The notes: generated from the letters alone by a model not told the origin. A stretch of DNA of 64,000 nucleotides from Verrucomicrobia bacterium GWF2_51_19 (GCA_001831095.1 MIDP01000039.1:22621-86620); one strand, 5' to 3'. Positions 34,021 to 43,657 are shown, numbered from the stretch's first letter. Numbers and translations are program-made.

Positions 34021-35229
34021 ATGAAAAGTCGAATTGTGGGTGCAGTAGAAATTGGTACCTCTAAGGTGCTCGTGTTGGTCGGTGATTTTGTTCGCGGACA
34101 AACGCTGAATATCATCGGCATGGGGCAATCGACATCTGTCGGAGTTAAAAAAGGTGAGATTGTCGACTTTAAGGCGGCCAGTGGAGCGACGCATGCGGCA
34201 TTGATGGCTGCAGAAAAGAGCGCTGGTGTGCCCATTGAAAACATCTGTGTTGCGCAGACGGGAGCCCACACGCATGCCCTTTACCAGAGGGCCTCTGTGC
34301 GCATTCGTTCCTCAGACAACATCGTCGATAGTGCCGATATGCAGCGCGTCCAAGAAGAGGTAAAAAACAAAGAGTTGCCGACCTCTCGCACCTACATCCA
34401 GCACGCCTTTAACTGCTATTACGTAGACGGCCGCCCTGTTCTCAACCCACTGGGTATGGAGGGCCAATGTCTTGATGCCGAGTATTGGTCTTTCGACGGC
34501 GACACACAAAAAGTCAAACACACTATCAACATTCTCAATGGGTTTGGCCTTAGGGTAGAAGATATGGTTATGTCTTCGCTTGCATCGGCCTCTGTTGCAG
34601 CAACTTCTGTTGAGAAAAAACATGGCGTCCTCGTGATCGATATCGGGTGTGGAACGACTGATTACGCTGTTTTTAAAAACAACAAGATTGTCGCCGTTGG
34701 GTGTATTCCCGTCGGCGGAGATCACTGGACAAACGACCTCAGTCTCGGCTTGCGCGTCAGCGGAAAGCACGCAGAGAAAGTCAAAAAAGAGATGGGTAAT
34801 TGCATCGTTCCAGAGGCGGAGCGCGAAAAGAAGGTATGGATCATCGGTGACAAGACCATTGGCGACCGTTATGTACGTCAAGATGCCATTTTTCAAATCA
34901 TTCGGGCGAGGACGGAAGAGCTTCTATCGCTCATAAAAAAGTCAATTGAGGCCACATTGCCGCTGTCTGAGCTCGCTGGCGGTGCGGTCTTTACTGGCGG
35001 CGGATCTCGTCTGAAGGGGCTGCCGGAAGTTGGCTCGGATCTCTTTGGCATCGATGTTCGCCTCGCGGAAAACCCAACGATTGCGGGTGAAAGACTCCGC
35101 GACCCCGAATTCAGTACCGCCCTCGGCCTCCTTCACTTTTCCCTCAAAGAAAAGCACAAGGATTACATCACTGCCTCTGCCCGCACGGAGACACTCTTTA
35201 AAAAGATGAGCAAACTCTTCGTGATCTAG
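34021..35229 (+). CDS. ftsA: Cell division protein FtsA
   Basis: Actin-like ATPase: VGAVEIGTSKVLVLVG, VLVIDIGCGTTDYAVF, GGAVFTGGGSRLKGL. Start placed at MKSRIVGAV. Confidence 0.9.
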   Translation: MKSRIVGAVEIGTSKVLVLVGDFVRGQTLNIIGMGQSTSVGVKKGEIVDFKAASGATHAALMAAEKSAGVPIENICVAQTGAHTHALYQRASVRIRSSDNIVDSADMQRVQEEVKNKELPTSRTYIQHAFNCYYVDGRPVLNPLGMEGQCLDAEYWSFDGDTQKVKHTINILNGFGLRVEDMVMSSLASASVAATSVEKKHGVLVIDIGCGTTDYAVFKNNKIVAVGCIPVGGDHWTNDLSLGLRVSGKHAEKVKKEMGNCIVPEAEREKKVWIIGDKTIGDRYVRQDAIFQIIRARTEELLSLIKKSIEATLPLSELAGGAVFTGGGSRLKGLPEVGSDLFGIDVRLAENPTIAGERLRDPEFSTALGLLHFSLKEKHKDYITASARTETLFKKMSKLFVI

Positions 35230-35255
35230 GCCCGTTAGGCTCACTCATCGTAATG

Positions 35256-35313
35256 GCGCTTTTTGCATCCATTCTACACCGGTCTTGAATCTAACTAAAC
35301 GAATACCAACGAC
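35256..35313. repeat. R2 right-end fragment plus conserved flank
   Basis: GCGCTTTTTGCATCCATTCTACACCGGTCTTGAATCTAACTAAACGAATACCAACG aligns with 3445-3501 and 3625-3674. Confidence 0.65.
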
Positions 35314-35316
35314 ATT

Positions 35317-35436
35317 AGACCGATGATAAATGGTTTTCTGGCAAGGCCCGAGGAGAGAGGGCGACAGGAGCGTACATATGGTACGTGACTTAGCCCGAAA
35401 GACGAGAACGCCGCTAGAAACCATTTTGCATCGGTC
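35317..35436. repeat. R1 repeat, copy 5 (arms decaying), overlapping the dnaE 3' end
   Basis: Arms AGACCGATGATAAATGG and CCATTTTGCATCGGTC. The apical hairpin is CGTAC atatg GTACG. The dnaE stop TAG (35416-35414) is the CTAG of the conserved inner stem GCTAGA. Confidence 0.85.
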
Positions 35437-38400
35437 GCTTTTTGCGAAATGGTTTCTGGTATTCTGGGAGCTCTGCGACGGTCACCTCGACGGCTTTGAC
35501 GGCCGGGTGGCGTTGAAAAGCCTGAAAAGATTCTGGAGTCATGCGGCAAGCGAGGGATTTGGGAATGTCGCCGCCGAGGTAGAAGTGGTCGTTGAGTGAG
35601 AAGCCGATATTGACTTTTGTTGGGCCCTCATTGGCCTGGATAAAGGCCTCTAGCTTTTCGAGGAAATCGCGGGCGGCCTCGTTCGGGTGAAGGATGAAGC
35701 GATACTCTTTAATGAGGCCTGGCAGGCGATCGGGCAGGAGACAGTCCTGAACGGAGAGGCGCAATTGGTCATCTTTTTTCCGAACGGTGCCCTGCAAAAT
35801 GACGAGATTGCCGTCCGTGAAGAGGTGGCCGAACTTGGTAAAGGTGTCTGGAAAGGCGTTGATTTCGTACGATTCGTTTTTGGTCGACAGGCTGAAGAAG
35901 GCCCACGGGCGGTTATCTTTCTTGGTGAGGCGCTTGTTGACGTTTGAAATGACACCGCAGAGCCGAAAGCTTTCGCCGTCCGGCAAAAATTCAGCCTCGT
36001 GGGGCTTGAAGGAGTTCAGGCATTTATCGAGGCCGCAAAAACTGTCTAGCGGATGTCCGGAAATGTAGAAACCGAGCAGATCTTTTTCAAACTGCAACTT
36101 TTCCCGAAGCTCCATTTTCGGGCCATTGGTTGAGATCGTCATGTGGCTGTCTTCGGTTTCAAAGAAGTCAAACAGACTGCCTTGGCCGGCCTCTTTGTCC
36201 TTTTGAAGCGATGCCGCGGCGCTCAAGAGGCTCTCGAGGGAGTCAATAAGGTGTTGGCGGTCGACGTTCATAGTGTCGAAGCAGCCCGCACGAATGAGGC
36301 ACTCTAAGACACGTCTGTTGACGGCCCGGCCATCGACGCGGCTAACGAAGTCGGTAAAATCCTTGAAGGGCGGTTTGCGTTTTTCGAGAATGATGAGGGC
36401 CGCGCCATCACCGACTCCCTTAATGGCTCCCAGGCCGAATCGGATGGACGCCCCGCCTTCTTGAGTTGGCGTAAAGCTCTCCTGCGATTGGTTGATGTCG
36501 GGACCCAAAACGCGAATGCCCATGGCGTTGCATTCGTCGAGAAAGTGGGCGACCTTTTCGGCATTACCCAATTCGGATGATAGGACGGCGGCCATGAATT
36601 CGAGTGGGTAATTGGCCTTCAGGTAGGCGGTTCGGTAGGCCAACATGGCGTAGGCGGCGGAGTGGGACTTGTTAAAACCGTAGCCGGCGAACTTTTCCAA
36701 AATGCTAAAAATCTCTTCGGCCTTGGCGGCCTCGATGCCGTTGGTCTTTTGCGCGCCCGCCACAAAGATCGCCCGCTGTTCGTTCATGACCTCTGCTTTC
36801 TTTTTTCCCATCGCGCGACGGAGAATGTCGGCCCCTCCCAGCGTGTAACCGGCGATCACTTGGGCGGCCTCCATGACTTGTTCCTGGTAGACCATGATGC
36901 CGTAGGTTTCTTTGCAGATGGCTTCCAGCAATGGGTGAGTCACGGCGATGGTCGACGGGTCTTTTTTGCCGCGAATGTACTCGGGAATCCACTCCATTGG
37001 CCCTGGGCGGTAGAGGGCGATGAGGGCGATAATTTCGTCGATGTTGGAGATTGAAAACTGCCGACAGAGGCTCTGCATGCCGCCGCCTTCCAATTGAAAA
37101 ACGCCAACCGTGCGTGCCTCATTCATGAGCTTGAAGGCCGCCGGGTCTTCGAGGGAGACTTTTTCGATATCGAAATGGGGGTCTTTGCCCGACCGACGAA
37201 TGTTGGCCTCGGCTTCGGCGATGATGGTCAGCGTTTTCAGGCCAAGAAAGTCCATTTTCAGAATGCCGAGGGCTTCGATGTGATCTTTCGAATACTGTGT
37301 CGTCAGGGCGCCTTCCTGCAGTGTGACGGGGACAAAGTCGACGACAGGCCTGTCGCAAATAATGACGCCTGCCGCGTGGGTGCCCGAATTTCGGACCATG
37401 CCCTCGATGATGCGGCCCTCGTCAAAGATTTTCTCGACGAGCGCATTGGTGTCGCACTCGCGCCTTAGCTCTTTTGACTTTCTCAGGGCGCTATCGAGGG
37501 TCATATTGAGCTCGTCTGGCACCATTTTGGCGATGCGATCCGCCTCGGCATAGGGGAAATCGTTGACGCGGGCGAGGTCGCGAATGACCATCTTGGCGCC
37601 AAAAGTGCCAAAGGTGATGATGTTGGCCACGGCATCTTGACCGTACTTTCGACGTACGTAATCAATGACTTCACCGCGGCGGCGCATGCAGAAGTCGATG
37701 TCGAAGTCGGGTGGTGAGACGCGTTCTGGGTTGAGGAAACGTTCGAAGAGGAGCTTGAAGCGGAGGGGGTCGATGTCGGTGATTTTCAGGGCATAGGCGA
37801 CCAGGCTGCCTGCACCAGAGCCTCGTCCGGGTCCGACCGGTATGCGTTGCTCGCGGGCCCATCGAATGAAGTCCCAGACGATGAGAAAGTAATCCAAAAA
37901 GCCGGCGTTCCGAATGATTTTCAGCTCGTGATCGAGACGCTCCATGAGTGTTTTTGAGAGCGCCGCATCTTGCTCGTACGACGTCCCGTAGCGGTCTTTT
38001 AGGCCCTGTTTACAGAGCTCGTAAATGTAGCTGAAGTTGTCGACAGTGACTTCGACTGGACGTTGAAAGACTGGGTAATGGTTTTCGCCAAATGGAATCT
38101 TGAGGGCGCACATTTCGGCTACGAGGAGGGTGTTGTCGAGGGCGTCCTGACGCTCGCTGAAAACTTTGGCCATCTCGTCGCGCGATTTTATAAAATACTG
38201 GTGTTCGGGCATCCGCATGCGGTCTTCATCAGCGAGCTTTGAACCCGTCTGAATGCACAGTAGGGCGTCGTGCGCCTCCCAGTCGGATTGATAGACGTAA
38301 TGGGAGTCGTTTGTACAAACCACCTTGACGCCAAACTTGTCTGCCAAACAAAACAACTTTGGAACCACCTTTATTTGTTCCTCAATGCCGTGATTCTGGA

Positions 38401-38929
38401 CCTCGATAAAATAGTTTTCCTTGCCAAAAATGTCCAAAAATTGTTTGAGAAATCCTTCGGCCCGCGCGTCCTCTCCATTCAACAACAATTGCGGCAAAAC
38501 GCCCTGCAAGCAACCAGACAGGCCAATGAGGCCCTTCGAGTGCTTGGCGAGCAGGTCGAGATCGATGCGAGGCTTGTAATAAAAGCCCTTGACGTGCGCC
38601 TCGGAGACCAGCTTAACGAGGTTTTTGTAGCCCTCAAAGTTCTTCGCAATAAGGCCCATGTGGTGCAATTTGTGCTGTTCGCGCGGCGGCTTTTCGGTAT
38701 ATTTGCAGTCCTTGACGAGGTACATTTCGCACCCGACGAGCGGCTTAATGCCCCGCTGATTGGCCTCTTTGTAGAAATCGATGGCTCCATAGACGTTACC
38801 GTGGTCAGTCAGCGCGATCGCCGACATTCCCAATTCCTTGACGCGGTCCAGCAGCCGATCCAGCCGACACGCGCCGTCGAGCAAACTGAAGTCCGAGTGG
38901 ACGTGTAAATGGACAAAGTCTTTCACCAC
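35414..38929 (-). CDS. dnaE: DNA polymerase III subunit alpha
   Basis: 1171 aa with PHP domain FVHLHVHSDFSLLDGA, the polymerase core, and a C-terminal OB-fold. Confidence 0.95.
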   Translation of the reverse strand: MVKDFVHLHVHSDFSLLDGACRLDRLLDRVKELGMSAIALTDHGNVYGAIDFYKEANQRGIKPLVGCEMYLVKDCKYTEKPPREQHKLHHMGLIAKNFEGYKNLVKLVSEAHVKGFYYKPRIDLDLLAKHSKGLIGLSGCLQGVLPQLLLNGEDARAEGFLKQFLDIFGKENYFIEVQNHGIEEQIKVVPKLFCLADKFGVKVVCTNDSHYVYQSDWEAHDALLCIQTGSKLADEDRMRMPEHQYFIKSRDEMAKVFSERQDALDNTLLVAEMCALKIPFGENHYPVFQRPVEVTVDNFSYIYELCKQGLKDRYGTSYEQDAALSKTLMERLDHELKIIRNAGFLDYFLIVWDFIRWAREQRIPVGPGRGSGAGSLVAYALKITDIDPLRFKLLFERFLNPERVSPPDFDIDFCMRRRGEVIDYVRRKYGQDAVANIITFGTFGAKMVIRDLARVNDFPYAEADRIAKMVPDELNMTLDSALRKSKELRRECDTNALVEKIFDEGRIIEGMVRNSGTHAAGVIICDRPVVDFVPVTLQEGALTTQYSKDHIEALGILKMDFLGLKTLTIIAEAEANIRRSGKDPHFDIEKVSLEDPAAFKLMNEARTVGVFQLEGGGMQSLCRQFSISNIDEIIALIALYRPGPMEWIPEYIRGKKDPSTIAVTHPLLEAICKETYGIMVYQEQVMEAAQVIAGYTLGGADILRRAMGKKKAEVMNEQRAIFVAGAQKTNGIEAAKAEEIFSILEKFAGYGFNKSHSAAYAMLAYRTAYLKANYPLEFMAAVLSSELGNAEKVAHFLDECNAMGIRVLGPDINQSQESFTPTQEGGASIRFGLGAIKGVGDGAALIILEKRKPPFKDFTDFVSRVDGRAVNRRVLECLIRAGCFDTMNVDRQHLIDSLESLLSAAASLQKDKEAGQGSLFDFFETEDSHMTISTNGPKMELREKLQFEKDLLGFYISGHPLDSFCGLDKCLNSFKPHEAEFLPDGESFRLCGVISNVNKRLTKKDNRPWAFFSLSTKNESYEINAFPDTFTKFGHLFTDGNLVILQGTVRKKDDQLRLSVQDCLLPDRLPGLIKEYRFILHPNEAARDFLEKLEAFIQANEGPTKVNIGFSLNDHFYLGGDIPKSLACRMTPESFQAFQRHPAVKAVEVTVAELPEYQKPFRKKRPMQNGF

Positions 38930-39111
38930 CCTCTATTGTTACACTCAAATAGTCTAAGGCAATGCATTTTTTAGATACCCTTCACTGTTTTCGTCCGAGT
39001 GTTGCACTTCGACGTTTAAATGTGGTCTGTTGAATTTGAGTGTTGCTTTCTTTCTCAATCCACGTTTAGGATAAAAACACCTACCCATAGAAACTCTAAC
39101 CCCGGATTGTC

Positions 39112-40323
39112 ATGCATAAAAAAATGTTGTTTCTCTTCTCTCGTGAAAGTTCCTCTCAAAATCAAGATACCGATTCTTGCCGCCCTGGCAAAGAAAAAGA
39201 GTGGATACACCGCTTGGTTCAGGTCGAAGGGTTTGACTCGGTTGTCATCTTTTCGACGGCCAACAGTCTTCAACAAGCCAAACAATGGGAACAGGCCGTT
39301 CTCGCTGAAAATGTCGATGTTAGGTTTGTTCACGAGCTCCTCCCGCTCAAAGACAGCCAAGATTATCAAGAGGCCTTTGACGTTTTCCGCTCCTCATTTG
39401 AGTCCTACAGCGCTCAATACCCAAATACACGCTTTTCTATATTACTTAATTCTGGAACGCAGACCATTCAAGCCGTCTGGCTCCTTTTGGGCGCCTTCAA
39501 ACATATGCCACTAAATATTCTACAAATTCAAGAAAATCAAGACCCTGTGTCCGTCAAACACATCGTGTTGGCCAACAAAGAAGAACAGCAGGATTTTCTC
39601 GGCTCCATTCTAGAAGTGAAAGAACACTTGGCCTTTTTCCTCGACGATCTGCCGTTAAAAATGGGCCTCGTTGGGTCCTCCAAGCGCTTCAACCAAGCCC
39701 TGGAATCCTGTTTTAACTTTGCCGAACAAAACAGACACATTCTCTTTTGCGGCGAAGAAGGTGTGGGTAAAAAAACTTTTGCTCGCCTTGCAAAAGTCAT
39801 CAGCGAGTTTAGAAACAAAAAGTCATACACCATCGACGCGAGTGACCCATCTCAATACCAAGAATTGAATTTCGCCATTCAAAGCGACGAGCCATCGGCC
39901 ATTTCTGTCGACAAAATAGAGGACCTTCCCGAATCCTACCAAACAATGCTGCTCAATGCGATCGCTTCCCATCACTTACTTTTGTGCACGTCACAAAACA
40001 TCAAGGCCGTCCTTCCATCGCTCATCAATGCCTTCAGTGGCTCCATCATCAAGTTGCCATCTCTGCGCGAGCGCATCGAAGACATGCCTCAAATTATCAA
40101 GGCCGTCCTAGACCAAATTAACATCGCCAAGGGGACACGTCTAACCATTTCCTCTCGATCGATGAAATTGCTCATTCACCGTCGCTGGCCAGACAACATT
40201 CTTGGACTCTATCGGACCTTGGAAGCAGCGGCCATCGTCTGCGAGACTCGCGAAATCCTCCCCGAAGACCTCGGCCTTAAATGGATGCATAGCAAAGAAG
40301 CTTCCACCTTTGATCTGCAGTAA
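39112..40323 (+). CDS. RtcR-like protein: CARF-type N-terminal domain fused to a degenerate sigma54-interaction AAA+ domain (no GAFTGA, no HTH)
   Basis: The N-terminal block FSILLNSGTQTIQAVWLLLGAFKHMPLNILQI resembles the RtcR block HITTGTHVAQICWFLL...P.RLIQ. The AAA+ part has ILFCGEEGVGKKTFARL (Walker A with K in place of T/S), ISVDKIEDLP (DK in place of DE), LPSLRERIEDMPQI and WPDNILGL. Confidence 0.55.
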   Translation: MHKKMLFLFSRESSSQNQDTDSCRPGKEKEWIHRLVQVEGFDSVVIFSTANSLQQAKQWEQAVLAENVDVRFVHELLPLKDSQDYQEAFDVFRSSFESYSAQYPNTRFSILLNSGTQTIQAVWLLLGAFKHMPLNILQIQENQDPVSVKHIVLANKEEQQDFLGSILEVKEHLAFFLDDLPLKMGLVGSSKRFNQALESCFNFAEQNRHILFCGEEGVGKKTFARLAKVISEFRNKKSYTIDASDPSQYQELNFAIQSDEPSAISVDKIEDLPESYQTMLLNAIASHHLLLCTSQNIKAVLPSLINAFSGSIIKLPSLRERIEDMPQIIKAVLDQINIAKGTRLTISSRSMKLLIHRRWPDNILGLYRTLEAAAIVCETREILPEDLGLKWMHSKEASTFDLQ

Positions 40324-40455
40324 TTGGTCTTTGATAAGCAATAACTGCACTTGAACAAGCAAGACCAATGCAATCTTTTCCAGAAGTATGCATTTTTTGC
40401 TCAGGATGGAGTTTTTTTAGTTGCGCTCGATTGAAAAAAAAGCCTTTTTAGGGAC

Positions 40456-41109
40456 ATGGATTTATTGGCGCAATGTGTGGATGTCGTCATGCATTTGGAC
40501 ATGCATGTGGATATCTTGATTCAGTCGAGCGGGCTCTGGATTTATGCCATTCTGTTTGCCGTTATTTTTGCGGAAACGGGGCTAGTGGTGACGCCTTTTT
40601 TGCCAGGAGACTCGTTCTTGTTTGTATTGGGGGCATTCGCGGCTCGCGGCAGCCTTCAACTCATCCCCTTAACCGGCCTCTTGATTTTTGCCGCGGTCCT
40701 CGGAGACAGCGTGAATTACAGCATCGGCAAGTATTTTGGACACTGGTTATTAAAGGCACGGCTTCCCTTTTTCAAGAAGGAGTACCTCGCAAAAACACAC
40801 CGTTTTTTTGAAAAGTATGGCGGAAAGACAATTGTTTTGGCCAGATTTATACCCATCGTGCGCACGTTTGCCCCTTTTGTCGCTGGCATGGCCTCGATGC
40901 GTTACCCCCGGTTTTTCACCTACAATGTGATTGGCGGCATCGCTTGGATTGTCATTTTAATGGGATCCGGTTTTCTCTTTGGCAACATGAAGACCGTAAA
41001 AGAACACTTCTCGCTCATCACCTTCATCATTATTTTTCTCTCCATCTGCCCGGCCATCATCGAATGGTACCGCTCAAGACGTTCCCTGGATCCCGTTCCA
41101 AGTAAGTGA
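40456..41109 (+). CDS. dedA: DedA-family membrane protein
   Basis: [24 protein letters not shown]...[22 protein letters not shown]. Confidence 0.85.
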   Translation: MDLLAQCVDVVMHLDMHVDILIQSSGLWIYAILFAVIFAETGLVVTPFLPGDSFLFVLGAFAARGSLQLIPLTGLLIFAAVLGDSVNYSIGKYFGHWLLKARLPFFKKEYLAKTHRFFEKYGGKTIVLARFIPIVRTFAPFVAGMASMRYPRFFTYNVIGGIAWIVILMGSGFLFGNMKTVKEHFSLITFIIIFLSICPAIIEWYRSRRSLDPVPSK

Positions 41110-41165
41110 CTGATCGTTTTTTCTTATCTTGCCTTCAGCGGCGGTTGAGTTACTGTAAAGGCATC

Positions 41166-42167
41166 ATGGCAGAGACATTTCGATCGTCGATTGTGGCGTG
41201 CGTGTGGGATTTCGATAAAACTCTCATACCGGGCTATATGCAGGAACCCTTGTTTCAGGCGTATTCCGTTGATGAAGAAACATTTTGGCGGGCCGTCAAT
41301 GCGATGCCGGAACGCTATGCCCAACGCGGCCTGTCGGTCTCCACGGACACCATTTACCTGAATCACCTGTTGACATACGTCCGGCACGGGATCTTTAAAG
41401 GATTGAATAACAAGCGTTTACACGCGTTTGGTAAAGAGCTCTTGTTTTATCCAGGCCTGCCAAACTTCTTTAAAACACTCAAGACCGACATCGAACAGCG
41501 TTACGCTGAGGCGGGCATCAAGCTCGAACACTATATTATCAGCACGGGCTTGGCGGAAATCATTCGTGGCAGCGCGATCGCTCCCCACGTCGACGGCATC
41601 TTCGCCTGTGAGCTAATCGAGTCGCCATTGCCTCCGCATTTCGAGGATCAGTGCGAGATCGAGTTCAACGAGGATGCTGAAGTTTCACAAATTGGGCGAG
41701 CGGTCGACAATACGATGAAAACCCGCTTCATTTACGAAATCAACAAGGGCTGCAACAAAAACCGCTCCATCCACGTCAACGCCCCAATGCGCGACGAAAA
41801 CCGCCGGGTACCGATCAAAAACATGATTTACATTGCAGACGGCCCCAGCGACATTCCCGCCTTTTCCGTCATTCGCAACGAGGGCGGCAAGGCTTTTGCC
41901 GTCTACGATGAGGACAATCCCAAAGCCTTTGAGCAATGCGACGACCTCCTACAATCCAAGCGCATTCACGCCTACGGTCCCGCCGATTACCGCACCCAGA
42001 GCAAGACGGCCCTTTGGCTCCAATTGCACCTCACGCGCATCTGCGAAGACATCGTCGAAGAACACCACCGCACCCTTTCGAAGTCCGTTGGCAGCGTCCC
42101 CCAACACCTCCATTCACCCAAATCGGGCGCCCACCACGAACAGGGCTATCTGTTCCCCGCACCCTGA
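41166..42167 (+). CDS. HAD-superfamily hydrolase-like protein
   Basis: VWDFDKTL (DxDxT motif I), IISTG (motif II) and [11 protein letters not shown] (motif IV). ATG 41166 is preferred over GTG 41106. Confidence 0.55.
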   Translation: MAETFRSSIVACVWDFDKTLIPGYMQEPLFQAYSVDEETFWRAVNAMPERYAQRGLSVSTDTIYLNHLLTYVRHGIFKGLNNKRLHAFGKELLFYPGLPNFFKTLKTDIEQRYAEAGIKLEHYIISTGLAEIIRGSAIAPHVDGIFACELIESPLPPHFEDQCEIEFNEDAEVSQIGRAVDNTMKTRFIYEINKGCNKNRSIHVNAPMRDENRRVPIKNMIYIADGPSDIPAFSVIRNEGGKAFAVYDEDNPKAFEQCDDLLQSKRIHAYGPADYRTQSKTALWLQLHLTRICEDIVEEHHRTLSKSVGSVPQHLHSPKSGAHHEQGYLFPAP

Positions 42168-42187
42168 TTCGCGTAAGACCGAAAAAT

Positions 42188-43327
42188 TCACATGCCCCTC
42201 GCACACACATCTGCGAGCGAAACCAGTGTCGCCTTTTCACTCAAGGCAAGCGTCTTGCTGTTGGGCGTGACGATGGTGAGACTGTCGAGGGGAATATCGG
42301 CCAAGGCAGTCATCATAGATTTCGTCAGAGATGGGTCTCCGTTCAACTTAAATTCAAACCCGCACAATTTCCCCTTGTGTTCAAAGAGAAGATCTATTTC
42401 ACTTCCAGTGGCGGTTCTCCAAAAATAACTGTCGCGCGGCTGAAAGACGTGGAGTATTTGATGTAAGGCAAAACCTTCCCAGGACGCGCCGAGTTTAGGA
42501 TGTTTTATGAGTTGATTGTAATCGTCAACACCCAACAAAGAATGAAGAATACCACTGTCTCGAATGTAAATTTTTGGAGATTTCACCATGCGTTTTTTTA
42601 CATTTGAAAACCAGGGCTTCAGGGCGGTGATCATGAAAGTATCGCATAGAATGTCTAAATAGTTTTTGACGGTCTTGTGATCGACGCCCATCGATTGACC
42701 TATTTCAGAGGTGTTGAGCAAATTTCCGTGATAATGCGAAACCATGTGCCAAAACCGCCATACATTTTGGAGAGATACCTTTTCCCCAAAAGCGAGAAGG
42801 TCTTTTTCAAGAAACGTTTTGATAAAAGCATCACGCCAGACATTGCTGAGCTGTGTGTCTTCCGCTAAAAAGGATTTCGGGAAACCGCCTCGCATCCAAA
42901 GTTTTTGACTGTCGTCGATTTCATTTAAACTGAATCCTTCTACGGGAATCAAGAACACCCTGCCCGCCAAGCTTTCTGAGGCATTTTGAGCGAGTGCGCC
43001 AGACGCGCTGCCCAGCAAAAGGAATTGGGCAGATGGCTTTTCTCTGTCGGCCAAAACTCTCAAAAAGGGGAAAAGCATAGGCAATCTTTGAACTTCATCC
43101 AATATGACGAGCCCCTGGAGTGTTTCCAGCAAGGTAAGATTTGTGGAGAGCAAATTCCAATCTCTTGGGTCTTCTAGATCGAAATAATGGACGTGTTCTC
43201 GTTTCGCGGCGAATGCTCGAGCGAGCGATGTTTTTCCGGATTGCCTTGGCCCCAAGAGCGAAACAATGGGAAAATGTTCAAGCCCATAGGCCAGTTTGGC
43301 AAGGTAGGATGTCCTTTCAATAATCAT
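42188..43327 (-). CDS. AAA+ ATPase with DUF4143-type C-terminal domain
   Basis: LLGPRQSGKTSLA (Walker A) and LVILDEVQRLP (Walker B), with the C-terminal region typical of this widespread orphan ATPase family. Start placed at MIIERTSYLAKL; the upstream extension runs into an R1 repeat. Confidence 0.7.
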   Translation of the reverse strand: MIIERTSYLAKLAYGLEHFPIVSLLGPRQSGKTSLARAFAAKREHVHYFDLEDPRDWNLLSTNLTLLETLQGLVILDEVQRLPMLFPFLRVLADREKPSAQFLLLGSASGALAQNASESLAGRVFLIPVEGFSLNEIDDSQKLWMRGGFPKSFLAEDTQLSNVWRDAFIKTFLEKDLLAFGEKVSLQNVWRFWHMVSHYHGNLLNTSEIGQSMGVDHKTVKNYLDILCDTFMITALKPWFSNVKKRMVKSPKIYIRDSGILHSLLGVDDYNQLIKHPKLGASWEGFALHQILHVFQPRDSYFWRTATGSEIDLLFEHKGKLCGFEFKLNGDPSLTKSMMTALADIPLDSLTIVTPNSKTLALSEKATLVSLADVCARGM

Positions 43328-43337
43328 AATATTGCAT

Positions 43338-43582
43338 AAGACCATTGCAAAAGTGTCTCTAGCAGCGTTCTTCCCACAGGCAAATGTGGCAATAAGTTCG
43401 TTATCCATCGTGATTCGCCTAGGTCACGCATTTCAATGCGCTCCCGTCGGCTCACACTCGGAAGCCTGCTTCTTGCCCCATTTGCCTGCGGGACTGTCGT
43501 TTGGGCTAGGTCACGTACCAACGTACGCTCCCGTCGCCCTCGCTCCTCGGGCCTGGCTATAGAACCATTTTTCAACGGTCTT
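43338..43582. repeat. R1 composite: one R1 nested inside another
   Basis: Outer arms are AAGACCATTGCAAAAGTG (43338-43355) and CATTTTTCAACGGTCTT (43566-43582). The inner element, about 43376-43490, has its own arms CACAGGCAAATG and CATTTGCCTG and an apical hairpin CGCAT ttca ATGCG. The host core resumes with GTCGTTTGGGCTAGGTCAC CGTAC caac GTACG. Confidence 0.75.
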
Positions 43583-43657
43583 ATATTGGGAGTTCGTCTC
43601 CCAATTTGCAAGGCGAAACCAAATAAAACGGATGAGTTTTTACAGTCTCTTACGATT

